DNA of 64,000 nucleotides from Thermodesulfobacteriota bacterium. GTDB taxonomy: Bacteria; Desulfobacterota; WTBG01; JAGOGO01. The stretch covers positions 1,623,161 to 1,687,160 of the forward strand of contig CP113000.1 in the NCBI GenBank assembly GCA_026625185.1, in the 5' to 3' direction. Below, one piece after another: positions 49,053 through 59,140 of this stretch. How positions within the stretch are numbered: position 1 is the first letter of the stretch; every line of letters starts with the position of its first letter. The position numbers and the translations under genes are program-made. Below the pieces are notes generated by a model. It saw only the letters and a list, made by a program, of their open reading frames with translations, had not been told where the DNA came from and searched no databases.

Positions 49053-52000
49053 ATGACGTTTTCCAAATTCTTCATCGAGCGGCCGATTTTCGCTACGGTC
49101 GTTTCTTGTATCATCGTGATTGCCGGACTGGTGGCAATGAAAGCCCTACCGGTGGCCATGTATCCAACGATCACGCCGGTCACGGTCCAGGTGACGACAA
49201 CCTATCCCGGGGCTGACTCGAAGACGGTCGGCGATTCAGTGGCGGCACCTATTGAAGCCCAGATCAACGGCGTCGACAACATGCTTTACATGACATCAAC
49301 CAGTTCCAACACAGGACAGATGACGATAACGGTCTACTTTACGCTGGACACGGATCCTGACATCGCTCAGGTACTGGTGCAGAACCGCGTCAACCTCGCC
49401 ATGCCGCAACTTCCTGAAGCCGTCACCCAGTACGGGGTCTCGGTGCAGAAAAAATCATCTTCTCCCTTGATGGTCATTTCGGTTTTCAACCGGGACGGTC
49501 GGTACAGCCCGGAATATGTGACCAACTATGCCAATGTCTATGTTCTGGATGCAATCAAGCGGGTGAACGGCGCCGGGCAGGCTCAGATTTTAGGTATGCC
49601 GGACCAGGCCATGCGTATCTGGATGAATCCGGACCGGATGGCCTCCATGTCAATCACGACGACCGATATCCAGAATGCTATCTCCAGGCAGAATGCGTTG
49701 TTCGGGGCGGGTCAGGTGGGTCAGCAGCCGGGTGACAAGGACGTGCAGTTGACGTTCCCCGTTGTGACTCAGGCCCCGTTTATGAAGCCTTCAGAATATG
49801 AAGACATCATTCTCCGCGCTAACCCGGACGGAAGCGCCATCGTGCGTGTCAAAGATGTTGCCCGCGCTGAAGTCGGCCGCAGACAGTATATTGATGACAA
49901 TAAGCTGAATGGAGCGCCGGCAACTCCGATCATGGTCTACCAGCAGCCCGGGGCAAACGGGCTTGAGGTTTCCAAACAGGTTCGCAAGGTGATGGAAGAC
50001 CTGAAGGCGACGATGCCCGAAGGCATTGAGTACGTCATAGCGCTTGATAATACCGATTTCGTGCGCATCTCCATCAAAGAGGTAATCCATACCCTTTTTG
50101 AAGCGGTACTGCTGGTGATTCTGGTCGTTTACTTCTTCCTGCAGAGTTTTCGTTCCACTTTCATCTGCATAGTCGCTATTTTGGTTTCGTTGATCGGCAC
50201 TTTCGCCGGTATGCTCGCGCTCGGTTTTTCCATCAATCTTCTGACGCTTTTCGGCCTCGTGCTGGCTATCGGGATGGTGGTGGATGATGCGATTGTCGTG
50301 GTGGAAAACGTGGAGCGAATCATGACCAAGGAGCACATTTCCGTTAAACAGGCCACGATCATGGCCATGGAGCAGATAAGCACCGCGCTTATCGCTGTTG
50401 TTCTCGTAATGGCTTCGGTCTTTATCCCCGCTGCGTTTCTTCCCGGAACCACCGGGCAACTTTATAAGCAGTTCGCCATAACCATCATTATTTCTGTAAC
50501 CATCTCCGGATTTGTGGCTCTCACCCTGAGCCCCGCGATGTGCGGCCTCCTGCTGAAGCCCAGCACGCCCTCGCAGCGCGGTATCATGGGAGCGGTCAAC
50601 CGTTTTTTTGCCTGGTTCAACCGGGGATTCCACCGCTTTACGCTCGGCTTCGGGGATGCGGTGGTACTCATGATCAAACGGACGACTATCGCTTTTATAC
50701 TCCTTGTCTTTTTCATTTATGCGCTGGCGCACCTGTTCCGCACAACCCCGACCGCCTTTGTGCCCAACGAAGACCAGGGGTATGTGATGGGGCAGCTTAT
50801 CATGCCCGACTCTGCCAGTGTGAACCGCACGGTTCAGACCTCCAGCCATATAGAGGGGTTGTTCGCGAAAAGTCCCGCAGTCGAATACCGAACGGTTATC
50901 AACGGCTACAGCTTAATCGACGCCCAGTTCAAGTCCAATGTGGCAACTTTCTTCATTAAGTTCAAAGACTTCGAGGAGCGTTATTCTTCCCTGGCCCGTG
51001 CCCGCACTGAAAACGCCCGCGCCGTCCTGAGAGGGGTAGCCGACGGCGCGCGGGCAATTGAAACCGGCCGCTTCATCCCGATACCGCCGCCGGCCATTCC
51101 GGGGATCGGCACCACGGGCGGTTTTGAGTTCTGGATCCAGGACAAGGGGGCAGGAGATCCGGCGCGTCTGAACGAGATCACCCAGCAGTTTCTGGCTAAG
51201 GCTCGCACACGACCAGAGCTTGCCGGCCTGAACACCACGTTCCGATCCGCATCCCAACAGTTGCGGGCTGAAGTCGACCGATCCAAGGCAGTGCTCCTCA
51301 GAGTGCCGATATCCGATGTGTATAGCGCCCTGCAGGGTCAGTTCGGTTCGATTGCGGTGAGCCAGTTTAATCAGTACAGCCGCGTCTGGAATGTTATCCT
51401 TCAGTCCGATGCCCCCTACCGTCGGACTCCTAACGACATCACCAAGCTTTACACAAGATCAAATGACGGCAATATGGTCCCGCTTTCGGCTCTGGTGACT
51501 ACCAGGTACGTTACCGGCCCCGACCTGGTGCCGCATTTCAACGGATTCCCTGCTGCCCAGATCACCGGTGACGCTGCGCCCGGCTATAGTTCAGGTACGA
51601 CAATTAAGGCAATGGAGGAAGTCGCCAAGGAGGTGCTTCCCGCAGGATATGGTTTCTCCTGGTCAGGCATGGCTTTTGAGGAAAAGCAATCGGGCGGGAC
51701 CTCAGCCAACGCCTTTATCTTCGGGATCATCATCGTCTTCTTGGTGCTTGCAGCCCAGTTTGAGTCATGGATCCTACCCGGCGCTGTGTTGACAGCGGTG
51801 CCGTTCGGCATCCTTGGCGCCCTGGTCTTTAACTGGCTCCGCGGCCTCAACAATGATGTTTATTTCCAGATCGGGCTTTTGGTGCTGATTGGCCTCGGCG
51901 CCAAGAACGCAGTTTTGAGGGTTGCCTTTGCCGTGGATCTGCGCAAGCAGGGTCTGTCGGTCATGGACGCCACAATCCAGGCTGGCGAGGAGCGGCTGCG

Positions 52001-52295
52001 GCCGATCGTTATGACCTCGCTCGCGTTCATCTTCGGCGTGCTTCCGCTAGCCATTGCCACGGGTGCCGGCGCTAATGCTCGTCACTCTATCGGCACTGGT
52101 ATCATGGGTGGCATGATTGGTGAGACCACCCTGGCCATGCTCTATGTGCCGCTTTTCTTTTATCTCTTCGATACTCTCTCCGAACGGTCGGCAAAAAAAA
52201 AGGAAGCGAAGTCTTCATTCGAACCGTCGCCCGGGGCTACACCTGTCGGCAGCACCCAAGAGGGGCCAGTCCCCGACATAGAGGGGGGTAACTAA
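49053..52295 (+). CDS. RND multidrug efflux permease (HAE1 family), copy 2
   Basis: The 1080-aa ORF is an AcrB-like paralog of the 42559 gene. Confidence 0.85.
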   Translation: MTFSKFFIERPIFATVVSCIIVIAGLVAMKALPVAMYPTITPVTVQVTTTYPGADSKTVGDSVAAPIEAQINGVDNMLYMTSTSSNTGQMTITVYFTLDTDPDIAQVLVQNRVNLAMPQLPEAVTQYGVSVQKKSSSPLMVISVFNRDGRYSPEYVTNYANVYVLDAIKRVNGAGQAQILGMPDQAMRIWMNPDRMASMSITTTDIQNAISRQNALFGAGQVGQQPGDKDVQLTFPVVTQAPFMKPSEYEDIILRANPDGSAIVRVKDVARAEVGRRQYIDDNKLNGAPATPIMVYQQPGANGLEVSKQVRKVMEDLKATMPEGIEYVIALDNTDFVRISIKEVIHTLFEAVLLVILVVYFFLQSFRSTFICIVAILVSLIGTFAGMLALGFSINLLTLFGLVLAIGMVVDDAIVVVENVERIMTKEHISVKQATIMAMEQISTALIAVVLVMASVFIPAAFLPGTTGQLYKQFAITIIISVTISGFVALTLSPAMCGLLLKPSTPSQRGIMGAVNRFFAWFNRGFHRFTLGFGDAVVLMIKRTTIAFILLVFFIYALAHLFRTTPTAFVPNEDQGYVMGQLIMPDSASVNRTVQTSSHIEGLFAKSPAVEYRTVINGYSLIDAQFKSNVATFFIKFKDFEERYSSLARARTENARAVLRGVADGARAIETGRFIPIPPPAIPGIGTTGGFEFWIQDKGAGDPARLNEITQQFLAKARTRPELAGLNTTFRSASQQLRAEVDRSKAVLLRVPISDVYSALQGQFGSIAVSQFNQYSRVWNVILQSDAPYRRTPNDITKLYTRSNDGNMVPLSALVTTRYVTGPDLVPHFNGFPAAQITGDAAPGYSSGTTIKAMEEVAKEVLPAGYGFSWSGMAFEEKQSGGTSANAFIFGIIIVFLVLAAQFESWILPGAVLTAVPFGILGALVFNWLRGLNNDVYFQIGLLVLIGLGAKNAVLRVAFAVDLRKQGLSVMDATIQAGEERLRPIVMTSLAFIFGVLPLAIATGAGANARHSIGTGIMGGMIGETTLAMLYVPLFFYLFDTLSERSAKKKEAKSSFEPSPGATPVGSTQEGPVPDIEGGN

Positions 52296-52296
52296 C

Positions 52297-53724
52297 ATGC
52301 GTCGAACGCTGATCGTTTCTCTATTGGTCGCCGTCTATTTTGCAGGTTGCATGCTCGGCCCCGACTATAAACGTCCCGGGGTCACGACTCCGCAGTCTTT
52401 TGAGTACCAGCCTCAGGAGGTGGCTGAGACTGCCAATACCGAATGGTGGAAACAGTTCGATGACCCGGTGCTTGACCAGTTCATCGCCGAGGCTCTGGCC
52501 AACAACAAAAGTGTGAAGATCGCGGCTGCCAATGTGGAGCAGGCAGCGGGTCTATTGATGACCACCCGCGCAGATCTTTTTCCGCAGGTGAATTACAGCG
52601 CCTCAACTACTCGTGAACGTTCCTCCGAAAACAACATTACCCCCGCACCCCTTAAAAATCCATTTAACAGCCGACAAATTCTGGGAGGCGTTACCTGGGA
52701 GATCGACCTCTGGGGTCGGATACGGCGGCTCACTGAGGCGGCACAGGCCGAGCTTTTCGCGAGCGACGAGGCGCGGCGCGGGGTTATTCTTTCCCTGGTT
52801 GCCGAAGTTGCGACTTCGTATATCCAGCTATGCGCCTTTGATGAGCAACTTGCGATTTCACAACGCACGCTCAAGACCTACGAAGATTCTCTGAGACTCT
52901 TCGAACTGCAGCACAGGTATGGCCAGGTTTCAAAGATGACGGTTGAACAGTCACGCTCGCAGTATGAAACTGCGGCAGCGACCATTCCGCAGATCGAAAG
53001 TCAGGTCGTGCAAACCGAAAATGCCCTCTCCATCCTTCTCGGGCGTAACCCGGGGACCATCACGCGAGGGCGCAAGCTGGCAGAACTCGCCATGCCCCCG
53101 GTCCCCGCGGGCTTGCCGTCGCAACTGCTCGAACGACGTCCCGACATCCTTCAGGCTGAACAGAATTTAATCGCGGCGAATGCGCAGATAGGCGCTGCTA
53201 AAGCGCTCTACTTTCCCACTATCTCGCTGACCGGTGCATTCGGAAGGTCCAGCAGTGAGCTGTCTGACATCTTCAAGGGGGCTAGCAAGACCTGGAGCTA
53301 TAGCGGATCGATTATCGGACCAATCTTTACCGCGGGCGCTATCAGGGGTCAGGTAAAGCAAGCGGAAGCAGCCCAGAAGGCAGCGCTCTCGGCGTACGAG
53401 CAGACCATTCAGAACTCTTTTGCCGACACCGAGAATGCGCTCGTCTCCCGAGAGAAACTGGAAGAGCAGCTTACCGCTGAACAGAAGCGGGTAGGGGCTT
53501 ACCAGGAATACAGCCGCCTTGCGTGGCTCAAATACAACGGAGGTTATACGGACTATCTCGACGTGCTCTATGCTGAAACGCAGCTTTTTCCGGCAGAGCT
53601 GAGCCTTGCACAGACGCAGGCAGCGACGTTAACCAGCCTCGTGAACATTTACAAGGCCATGGGAGGCGGTTGGGTGAACGAAGCAGATAAGCTGACGATT
53701 GACATGGCGGGTGGAGGGAAGTAG
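52297..53724 (+). CDS. Outer-membrane efflux lipoprotein (NodT family), copy 2
   Basis: The protein has lipobox FAGC and GPDYKRP. The C-terminal GGGWVNEADKLTIDM is shared with copy 1. Confidence 0.8.
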   Translation: MRRTLIVSLLVAVYFAGCMLGPDYKRPGVTTPQSFEYQPQEVAETANTEWWKQFDDPVLDQFIAEALANNKSVKIAAANVEQAAGLLMTTRADLFPQVNYSASTTRERSSENNITPAPLKNPFNSRQILGGVTWEIDLWGRIRRLTEAAQAELFASDEARRGVILSLVAEVATSYIQLCAFDEQLAISQRTLKTYEDSLRLFELQHRYGQVSKMTVEQSRSQYETAAATIPQIESQVVQTENALSILLGRNPGTITRGRKLAELAMPPVPAGLPSQLLERRPDILQAEQNLIAANAQIGAAKALYFPTISLTGAFGRSSSELSDIFKGASKTWSYSGSIIGPIFTAGAIRGQVKQAEAAQKAALSAYEQTIQNSFADTENALVSREKLEEQLTAEQKRVGAYQEYSRLAWLKYNGGYTDYLDVLYAETQLFPAELSLAQTQAATLTSLVNIYKAMGGGWVNEADKLTIDMAGGGK

Positions 53725-53798
53725 GGTTAGGAAACTTTTTGAGAGCGGGTAAAAAAGGAGTACTACAACTCATACATTAAACCGTCTCGGTTTCACTT

Positions 53799-54857
53799 TT
53801 AAATGTCACCCGCGGCTTCATAGACCAAATCTAAAGCGCGCTGCACCCCCACGGTTGATGCTACTTCACAACCAGGCGCTACTTTGATATGCCAGCTTTC
53901 TTCTCGTGATTCAATGGCGATCCAAAAATCCTGAGTAAAAAGATCTTCCACGACAATAACGCGAACCATTCCCCTTTGACGGTTGTGGTCAAAAAGAAAG
54001 TCTTGGAATTTGACTACTATCTCACCTCGTTCGTCCTTCGGGGAAAATTTTTCCGGATCAAAATGGTTAAGGGAATAGGTTCTCAAGGCCGCCTCCTTTT
54101 TTTCTGATATTTCCCGGTGTTCGAGTTTTACTAAATTTATTTCAAAAAATTTATTTTGTCCTTTTTCTTGCCATTTGCGCTCATACTTGGTATTGAATTG
54201 TGGGCAAGAAATTTTTGTCTCCACCGTAAAACCTGTTCCGGGTAATTGTTCGAGAACCCAATTAAAATAAGGTTCACAGTCGGTAACAATGTGCACCGCT
54301 CGCTTGTCCATTAAGCGATTATTAAGCAGGTTTAAAAAATTATGTGAAAAAAGACGATTACGTTCATGATGCCGTTTGGGCCACGGCATGGGAAAAAGCG
54401 AGCATACGTAGTCTACCGATTGGGGCCTGAAAAGTCGATCAAAGGCCACCCGACTGTCTATTTGCAGGAGCCGAACATTGCTCAATCCTGCGTGCGCAAT
54501 CTGGCGCAAACCTCTTCGTATGGAACCCCACTTAAGTTCCATTCCCACGAAGTTTTTTTCTGGGGAAGAGAGCGCCTGCCGCGTCAAGAACTCCCCATTG
54601 CCAAACCCGATTTCAACCTCCAACAATGCTTTTCGCCCAAAAATGTTTGCCCACTCCAGCGGGTGTTCTTTTGTTTGCCACAGAAGGTAAGGTCGGAGAG
54701 AAAGATAACGCTTTTTCATCTTTAAAAATATTTTGTTGACATTCGCTATTATATCGGTGATTTCATAGCAAAAGGGTTGCAAGGCTGAAATAAATAAGGA
54801 TTGTGGAGATATCCGTGATTGCCAAAGTGACCGGTCCGGCTGCGATTTTGGGATCAA
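53799..54857 (-). CDS. trmB: tRNA (guanine-N7)-methyltransferase TrmB with ~120-aa C-terminal extension
   Basis: The SAM motif LEVEIGFGNGEF and the TrmB core are present. The annotated start overlaps the mgtE 3' end by 95 nt. An internal Met (MKKRYLS, 54719) would remove the overlap. Confidence 0.65.
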   Translation of the reverse strand: MIPKSQPDRSLWQSRISPQSLFISALQPFCYEITDIIANVNKIFLKMKKRYLSLRPYLLWQTKEHPLEWANIFGRKALLEVEIGFGNGEFLTRQALSSPEKNFVGMELKWGSIRRGLRQIAHAGLSNVRLLQIDSRVAFDRLFRPQSVDYVCSLFPMPWPKRHHERNRLFSHNFLNLLNNRLMDKRAVHIVTDCEPYFNWVLEQLPGTGFTVETKISCPQFNTKYERKWQEKGQNKFFEINLVKLEHREISEKKEAALRTYSLNHFDPEKFSPKDERGEIVVKFQDFLFDHNRQRGMVRVIVVEDLFTQDFWIAIESREESWHIKVAPGCEVASTVGVQRALDLVYEAAGDI

Positions 54858-55737
54858 GTTTCATTTTGTGCAAAAGCGTCGGAACACTCAGCCCCAAAAT
54901 GCTTCCGGCGCAAATCGTCAGGAGAATGCTGCTTCCAATTGATACTGCTGCCATTCCAGCCCCGTACCAGAGCCACACAATCAGACCCACCGTGAAGCCG
55001 CAGGCTGCCCCAAGCAGGAGCGCCGTCACGATTTCGCGCCAAAATTCCCTTATATACCATCGCAGAGTCGGACGTCTCGCACGCAAGGCATGAATCGCCA
55101 CTGTCATTGACTGAGTGCCGACACTATCGCCCAGCCCCAACATCAGTGTCAGGAAAAACGCCAGCACAAGAGCTTTAGCCAGCGTTAATTCGTAGGCGCT
55201 GGTGAGCAAAGCACAAATCGTTCCACTTGTGAGGGTGGCCATCAGCCACGGAAGCCGAAAATGGACCGCACGGACCGGCGAGGCCTCCTGTACCTGTTTG
55301 ACGCGAAGGCCGATGTTTTCAAAAAGCTCCTCCATCTGCTCCCGTTCGGACAGGTCGAAGACCTCGTCTGAAAACATGCTGACATCAACCACGCCTACGA
55401 TATGCCTTTGCTGGTCAACAACCGGAAACGCTAAAAGCCTGTGAATAGAAAAGAACTCGCATGCCTCTAATACCGTCGCCGTCTGCGGAATCGTTGCCAC
55501 ACGTCTAATCATTACCTCAGAGAGGCGCTGTTCCAAAGGTGCGATGAGTAAACGCCGAGTCGGTACTACACCCACTAAAACATCCTCGTCGTTCACCACA
55601 TAGAAATAGACAATTCTTTCGCCCAGTCCATGTGAGCGAATGTCATCCAAGGCCTTGTTAACAGTAGAATTCTCATGCAACGTTGCCGCGTCCTTGCGCG
55701 CCACGGTCATAATTGACTGATTCATATGGTTTATCAT
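54763..55737 (-). CDS. mgtE: MgtE-family Mg2+ transporter (CBS pair + MgtE TM domain, no MgtE_N domain)
   Basis: Tandem CBS domains are followed by five TM helices that include the MgtE motif (LGLGDSVGTQS). Confidence 0.7.
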   Translation of the reverse strand: MINHMNQSIMTVARKDAATLHENSTVNKALDDIRSHGLGERIVYFYVVNDEDVLVGVVPTRRLLIAPLEQRLSEVMIRRVATIPQTATVLEACEFFSIHRLLAFPVVDQQRHIVGVVDVSMFSDEVFDLSEREQMEELFENIGLRVKQVQEASPVRAVHFRLPWLMATLTSGTICALLTSAYELTLAKALVLAFFLTLMLGLGDSVGTQSMTVAIHALRARRPTLRWYIREFWREIVTALLLGAACGFTVGLIVWLWYGAGMAAVSIGSSILLTICAGSILGLSVPTLLHKMKLDPKIAAGPVTLAITDISTILIYFSLATLLL

Positions 55738-55769
55738 GGTGATCGTCCTCCGAAAAAACAGGCAGTGTT

Positions 55770-58751
55770 TTAAAGCGGTATCTTGGTTATATTGTTTTTG
55801 AGTTCATTCAGTTGATCACCGGCAGCTTCAATTGCTTTCTCATTTGACATCACGACCGCGTAGCCATTATCAAACTGGTTCATCAGTTTCTCCGCCGCCA
55901 ACGCAAGGGACGTGCGATTAACGGACAAGATATACTCCCGCCGTTTCTGTCTCAGGTCATCAGTGATGCCATAAAGCTTTCGTTTGAAATTGGTGAAGCC
56001 TTTTTCTCCGGGGTCGAGGGGTTTTTCATCTTTTCCGACACTGCCGATAATAGCTTTTTCGATCTGGTCAGCATCAATGTTTCCCTGGTAAGCGTAGTCG
56101 AGTGAGTCACGAAAAGCATTAAGAGTGTCAATAATATTGGGGTCGCGATAGGAGGAGAAAATAAAAACCCCTTCAGTTCCCTGGGGGACGGCAAAAGCTC
56201 CATAGGCGCCACCCCGCATTCGTATTTTTTCCCAGAGATAACCGGTCCGCAGAAAATGGGAAAGCACTGCTTCATATCCATTTTCAGGACTGCCAAAACG
56301 AGCTCCATACATTGCTTTAGCCACATATCCGACCGGGGACGTGATGATTAAAGATTCAACCTTGGTTGGGTCTTTTTCTTCTTTCGTCGATTGGCGCACA
56401 CGATCGGAAGAAGCTTTTTTCGGCAAGGAAGTGACGATCGACTCAAGCTCACCCCGTACCTCCTTAAACGAAGATTCTTCCGCGGTTACATTTATGGTGG
56501 CGTTGGTGCTGGTAAAAAGCATTTTTCTTATTTTTTTTAAGGTGGCAATGACAGCATCCGAGTTTTTTTCTAAACCAGAGGCAAGCTCAGAGAGAAAGAA
56601 AAGTTGGTCTATTCCTTCAAAGTGCTCTTGAATTTTTATGGCCGGAGAAAGCCGGCTTCCTGCTCGGGTGGAAACAAACTGGTGGCCATGCGGTATGACT
56701 GCGGCTTTAAACTCGTTTTTGATTTCGAGGATAAGGTCTTTCACGCGTTCTTGGTCGTCAAAATCAGCTTCGATTAAAAGCCGTTTGAGGAGATCAATGG
56801 TCTCATGCAGGTTTTCTTTGAGAGTTCTGATCCGAAAAAATATATGCGCTTTTTTATTCAGTGGTTGATGAATGTCTCCGCTGGCCGCAAGTTGATAGGT
56901 GAAACCACCGGTATACAAAGAGAGAAGCTGGGCTACCTTATCATAGGTGATGCCCGGAAGACCGGAACCGCAGATGGCTTTACCCAATAAGGGAAGGAAG
57001 GTGAGAGAGCCTTCGGCAAGACTGTGGGTGTCGAAGGCAACGTCCACATAGATAACCCCATTGGTAAAAATATTATGAAAATAAGAGTAAACCCCCTGGG
57101 AAAGCACAATCTGTTTGCTCGGCACGACTTCTACCTTTCGAGGAAGGTCCTGAAGCTTAAGAAAAGGTATTTTGTTGATCATCTCAGGTGGATCGGGTTC
57201 TTCCTGAAATTGTCGAAGCTCCTTGAGCGAGAGCACCAGCGCTTTTTTTTCTTGGGCGCTGAGGTTATTCTCAGCGTTTGTAAGCCATTGGTTTAATCGC
57301 GCCCCTTCTCGGTGCAGGTGTTCCGGGTCCGGCCGGACGATGAGCGTGCTTCGGTGGGGATTATCAACAAAGTGCTCTTCGATCAGATGAGTGAAGAATT
57401 TTTTATCTTCACCAATCGTTTGTTTCAGCTTTTTCATCCATTTGTTAAATTCCAGCGTAGTTTCGGGTTCGCCATCATGGAGCCATCCGCGAAAGGTTTT
57501 TCTCATTAACCGAAGCGCATAGGGTTCCATGCCGCCTTTAATTTCACGATTCCGAAACTCGACTCTCTGGATTGCCGCTTGCAGGATTTGTTCATCAAGT
57601 GCATTATCCCGCAGGTTCTCTAAAGTTTTGATAATAAGCGCTTCAGTTTTTCCCGCACAGTCAGGGTCGGTTCCGCGGATGCCGGCAGTAAATACCAGTT
57701 CCTTAAGTTCCGTTTCCAAACCGGTTGAAGGAGACAAATCTTCTCCGAGCTTGGATTCAACCAGAGCCTTTCTCAAGGGAGAACCGGCATTGCCCACCAA
57801 AACTTCCGATAAGACCTCGAGCGCGATTACCCGGAAAGGATCGGTGACCGGGACGGTAAGCCAGTTAACGGTAATATTCGTTTTTTTGTTAACCGGATCT
57901 CCTTCTTTTATGGGATAGGTTATTTCCAGGCTTCTGGGGGAAGACCATCGTGGCTCAAGCGGGATGTTTGATGGTATGGTGAGACGGGAAAATTGAGATA
58001 AGAAATTTTCCTGCAAGAAGGCTAAATGCTTTACGGTCGGGATATTGCCATAGAGAAAAATTTTGCAGTTGGAAGGATGGTAGTATTGTTTATGAAAATT
58101 AACAAAAGCCTCATAAGTGAGTTCAGGAATATGCACCGGGTCGCCGCCGGAATCGAACCCGTAGGGTGTTCCCGGGAAAAGTGATTGATACGACCAGTCA
58201 GCGGTCAAAGCCTCCGGGCTGGAATATTTACCCTGCATTTCATTATAAACCACGCCGACAATTTTTAGACCGCTGGTTGCGTCGTCAATGGTTTTAAATT
58301 CCAGGTGATGCCCTTCCTGTTTAAACAATTCTTGTTTTAAAAGAGGGGAAAAAACCGCATCTCCGTAAACCAGCATCAGGTTAAAGAGGTCTTTCTCATT
58401 CATGCTGCTCGCGGGATACACGGTCTTGTCCGGGAAGGTAAAGGCATTAAGAAAAGTTTGCATGCTTCCTTTGAGAAGGGTGACAAAAGGATCTTTTATG
58501 GGGAAGCGGCGAGAGCCGGCTAAAACCGAATGTTCTAAAATATGCGGAAGCCCGGTGTTGTCATAAGGAGGGGTCCGAAACGTAAATGAGAACAGATTTT
58601 CCTGGTCTTTATTATAGAGGTGATATACCTCAGCGCCGGTTTCACAATGTATCAATCGAATGCCGGTTGACCGGTATTCGGGAAGCTCTTTTTGAGAAAT
58701 AACCTGAAAGCCGTAATAAATTTTCCCTTCGTCCAATTCGTGAGTGGCCAC
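55770..58751 (-). CDS. M16C (PreP/insulinase-like) zinc metallopeptidase
   Basis: The inverted zincin motif HILEHSVLAGS (HxxEH) is present and the protein is about 990 aa, typical of the presequence-protease family. Confidence 0.75.
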   Translation of the reverse strand: MATHELDEGKIYYGFQVISQKELPEYRSTGIRLIHCETGAEVYHLYNKDQENLFSFTFRTPPYDNTGLPHILEHSVLAGSRRFPIKDPFVTLLKGSMQTFLNAFTFPDKTVYPASSMNEKDLFNLMLVYGDAVFSPLLKQELFKQEGHHLEFKTIDDATSGLKIVGVVYNEMQGKYSSPEALTADWSYQSLFPGTPYGFDSGGDPVHIPELTYEAFVNFHKQYYHPSNCKIFLYGNIPTVKHLAFLQENFLSQFSRLTIPSNIPLEPRWSSPRSLEITYPIKEGDPVNKKTNITVNWLTVPVTDPFRVIALEVLSEVLVGNAGSPLRKALVESKLGEDLSPSTGLETELKELVFTAGIRGTDPDCAGKTEALIIKTLENLRDNALDEQILQAAIQRVEFRNREIKGGMEPYALRLMRKTFRGWLHDGEPETTLEFNKWMKKLKQTIGEDKKFFTHLIEEHFVDNPHRSTLIVRPDPEHLHREGARLNQWLTNAENNLSAQEKKALVLSLKELRQFQEEPDPPEMINKIPFLKLQDLPRKVEVVPSKQIVLSQGVYSYFHNIFTNGVIYVDVAFDTHSLAEGSLTFLPLLGKAICGSGLPGITYDKVAQLLSLYTGGFTYQLAASGDIHQPLNKKAHIFFRIRTLKENLHETIDLLKRLLIEADFDDQERVKDLILEIKNEFKAAVIPHGHQFVSTRAGSRLSPAIKIQEHFEGIDQLFFLSELASGLEKNSDAVIATLKKIRKMLFTSTNATINVTAEESSFKEVRGELESIVTSLPKKASSDRVRQSTKEEKDPTKVESLIITSPVGYVAKAMYGARFGSPENGYEAVLSHFLRTGYLWEKIRMRGGAYGAFAVPQGTEGVFIFSSYRDPNIIDTLNAFRDSLDYAYQGNIDADQIEKAIIGSVGKDEKPLDPGEKGFTNFKRKLYGITDDLRQKRREYILSVNRTSLALAAEKLMNQFDNGYAVVMSNEKAIEAAGDQLNELKNNITKIPL

Positions 58752-58963
58752 AATCGCTCCTTTTTTTCATTAAAAAAATATGGTAACAGACAAAAAAAAC
58801 AACATACCATATTTGCTGGCTGATTACTACCCGACAGGAAAGGAAGTGGAATTTTTTAAATTTGGTTGACTTTTTTAAAAATTTAGTTAATAAATCAGGG
58901 AAAAACCAACCGGGGAGTATCAGTCCAATGGTTTCATTTAATAAAGCACAAAAATAAATAAGG

Positions 58964-58999
58964 CCAACTCGCCGGAGAAAAAGGCGAGGGGGCTTTTTT
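58964..58999 (+). terminator. Orphan intrinsic-terminator-like hairpin in long intergenic region
   Basis: GCCAACTCGCC-GGAGAAAAA-GGCGAGGGGGC is followed by TTTTTT. No plus-strand gene lies upstream. Confidence 0.35.
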
Positions 59000-59140
59000 G
59001 TTTGTAAATCCCCTCTAACTCCCCTTTAAAAAATGGTAGTACCTCTTCTTCATCCTCCTTTTCTAAAGGAGGATTGAGGAGGATTTTATTGGCGTCTTAT
59101 ACGGATCAATATAATTGTTGTTAGCCTCGAGAAACACTTT

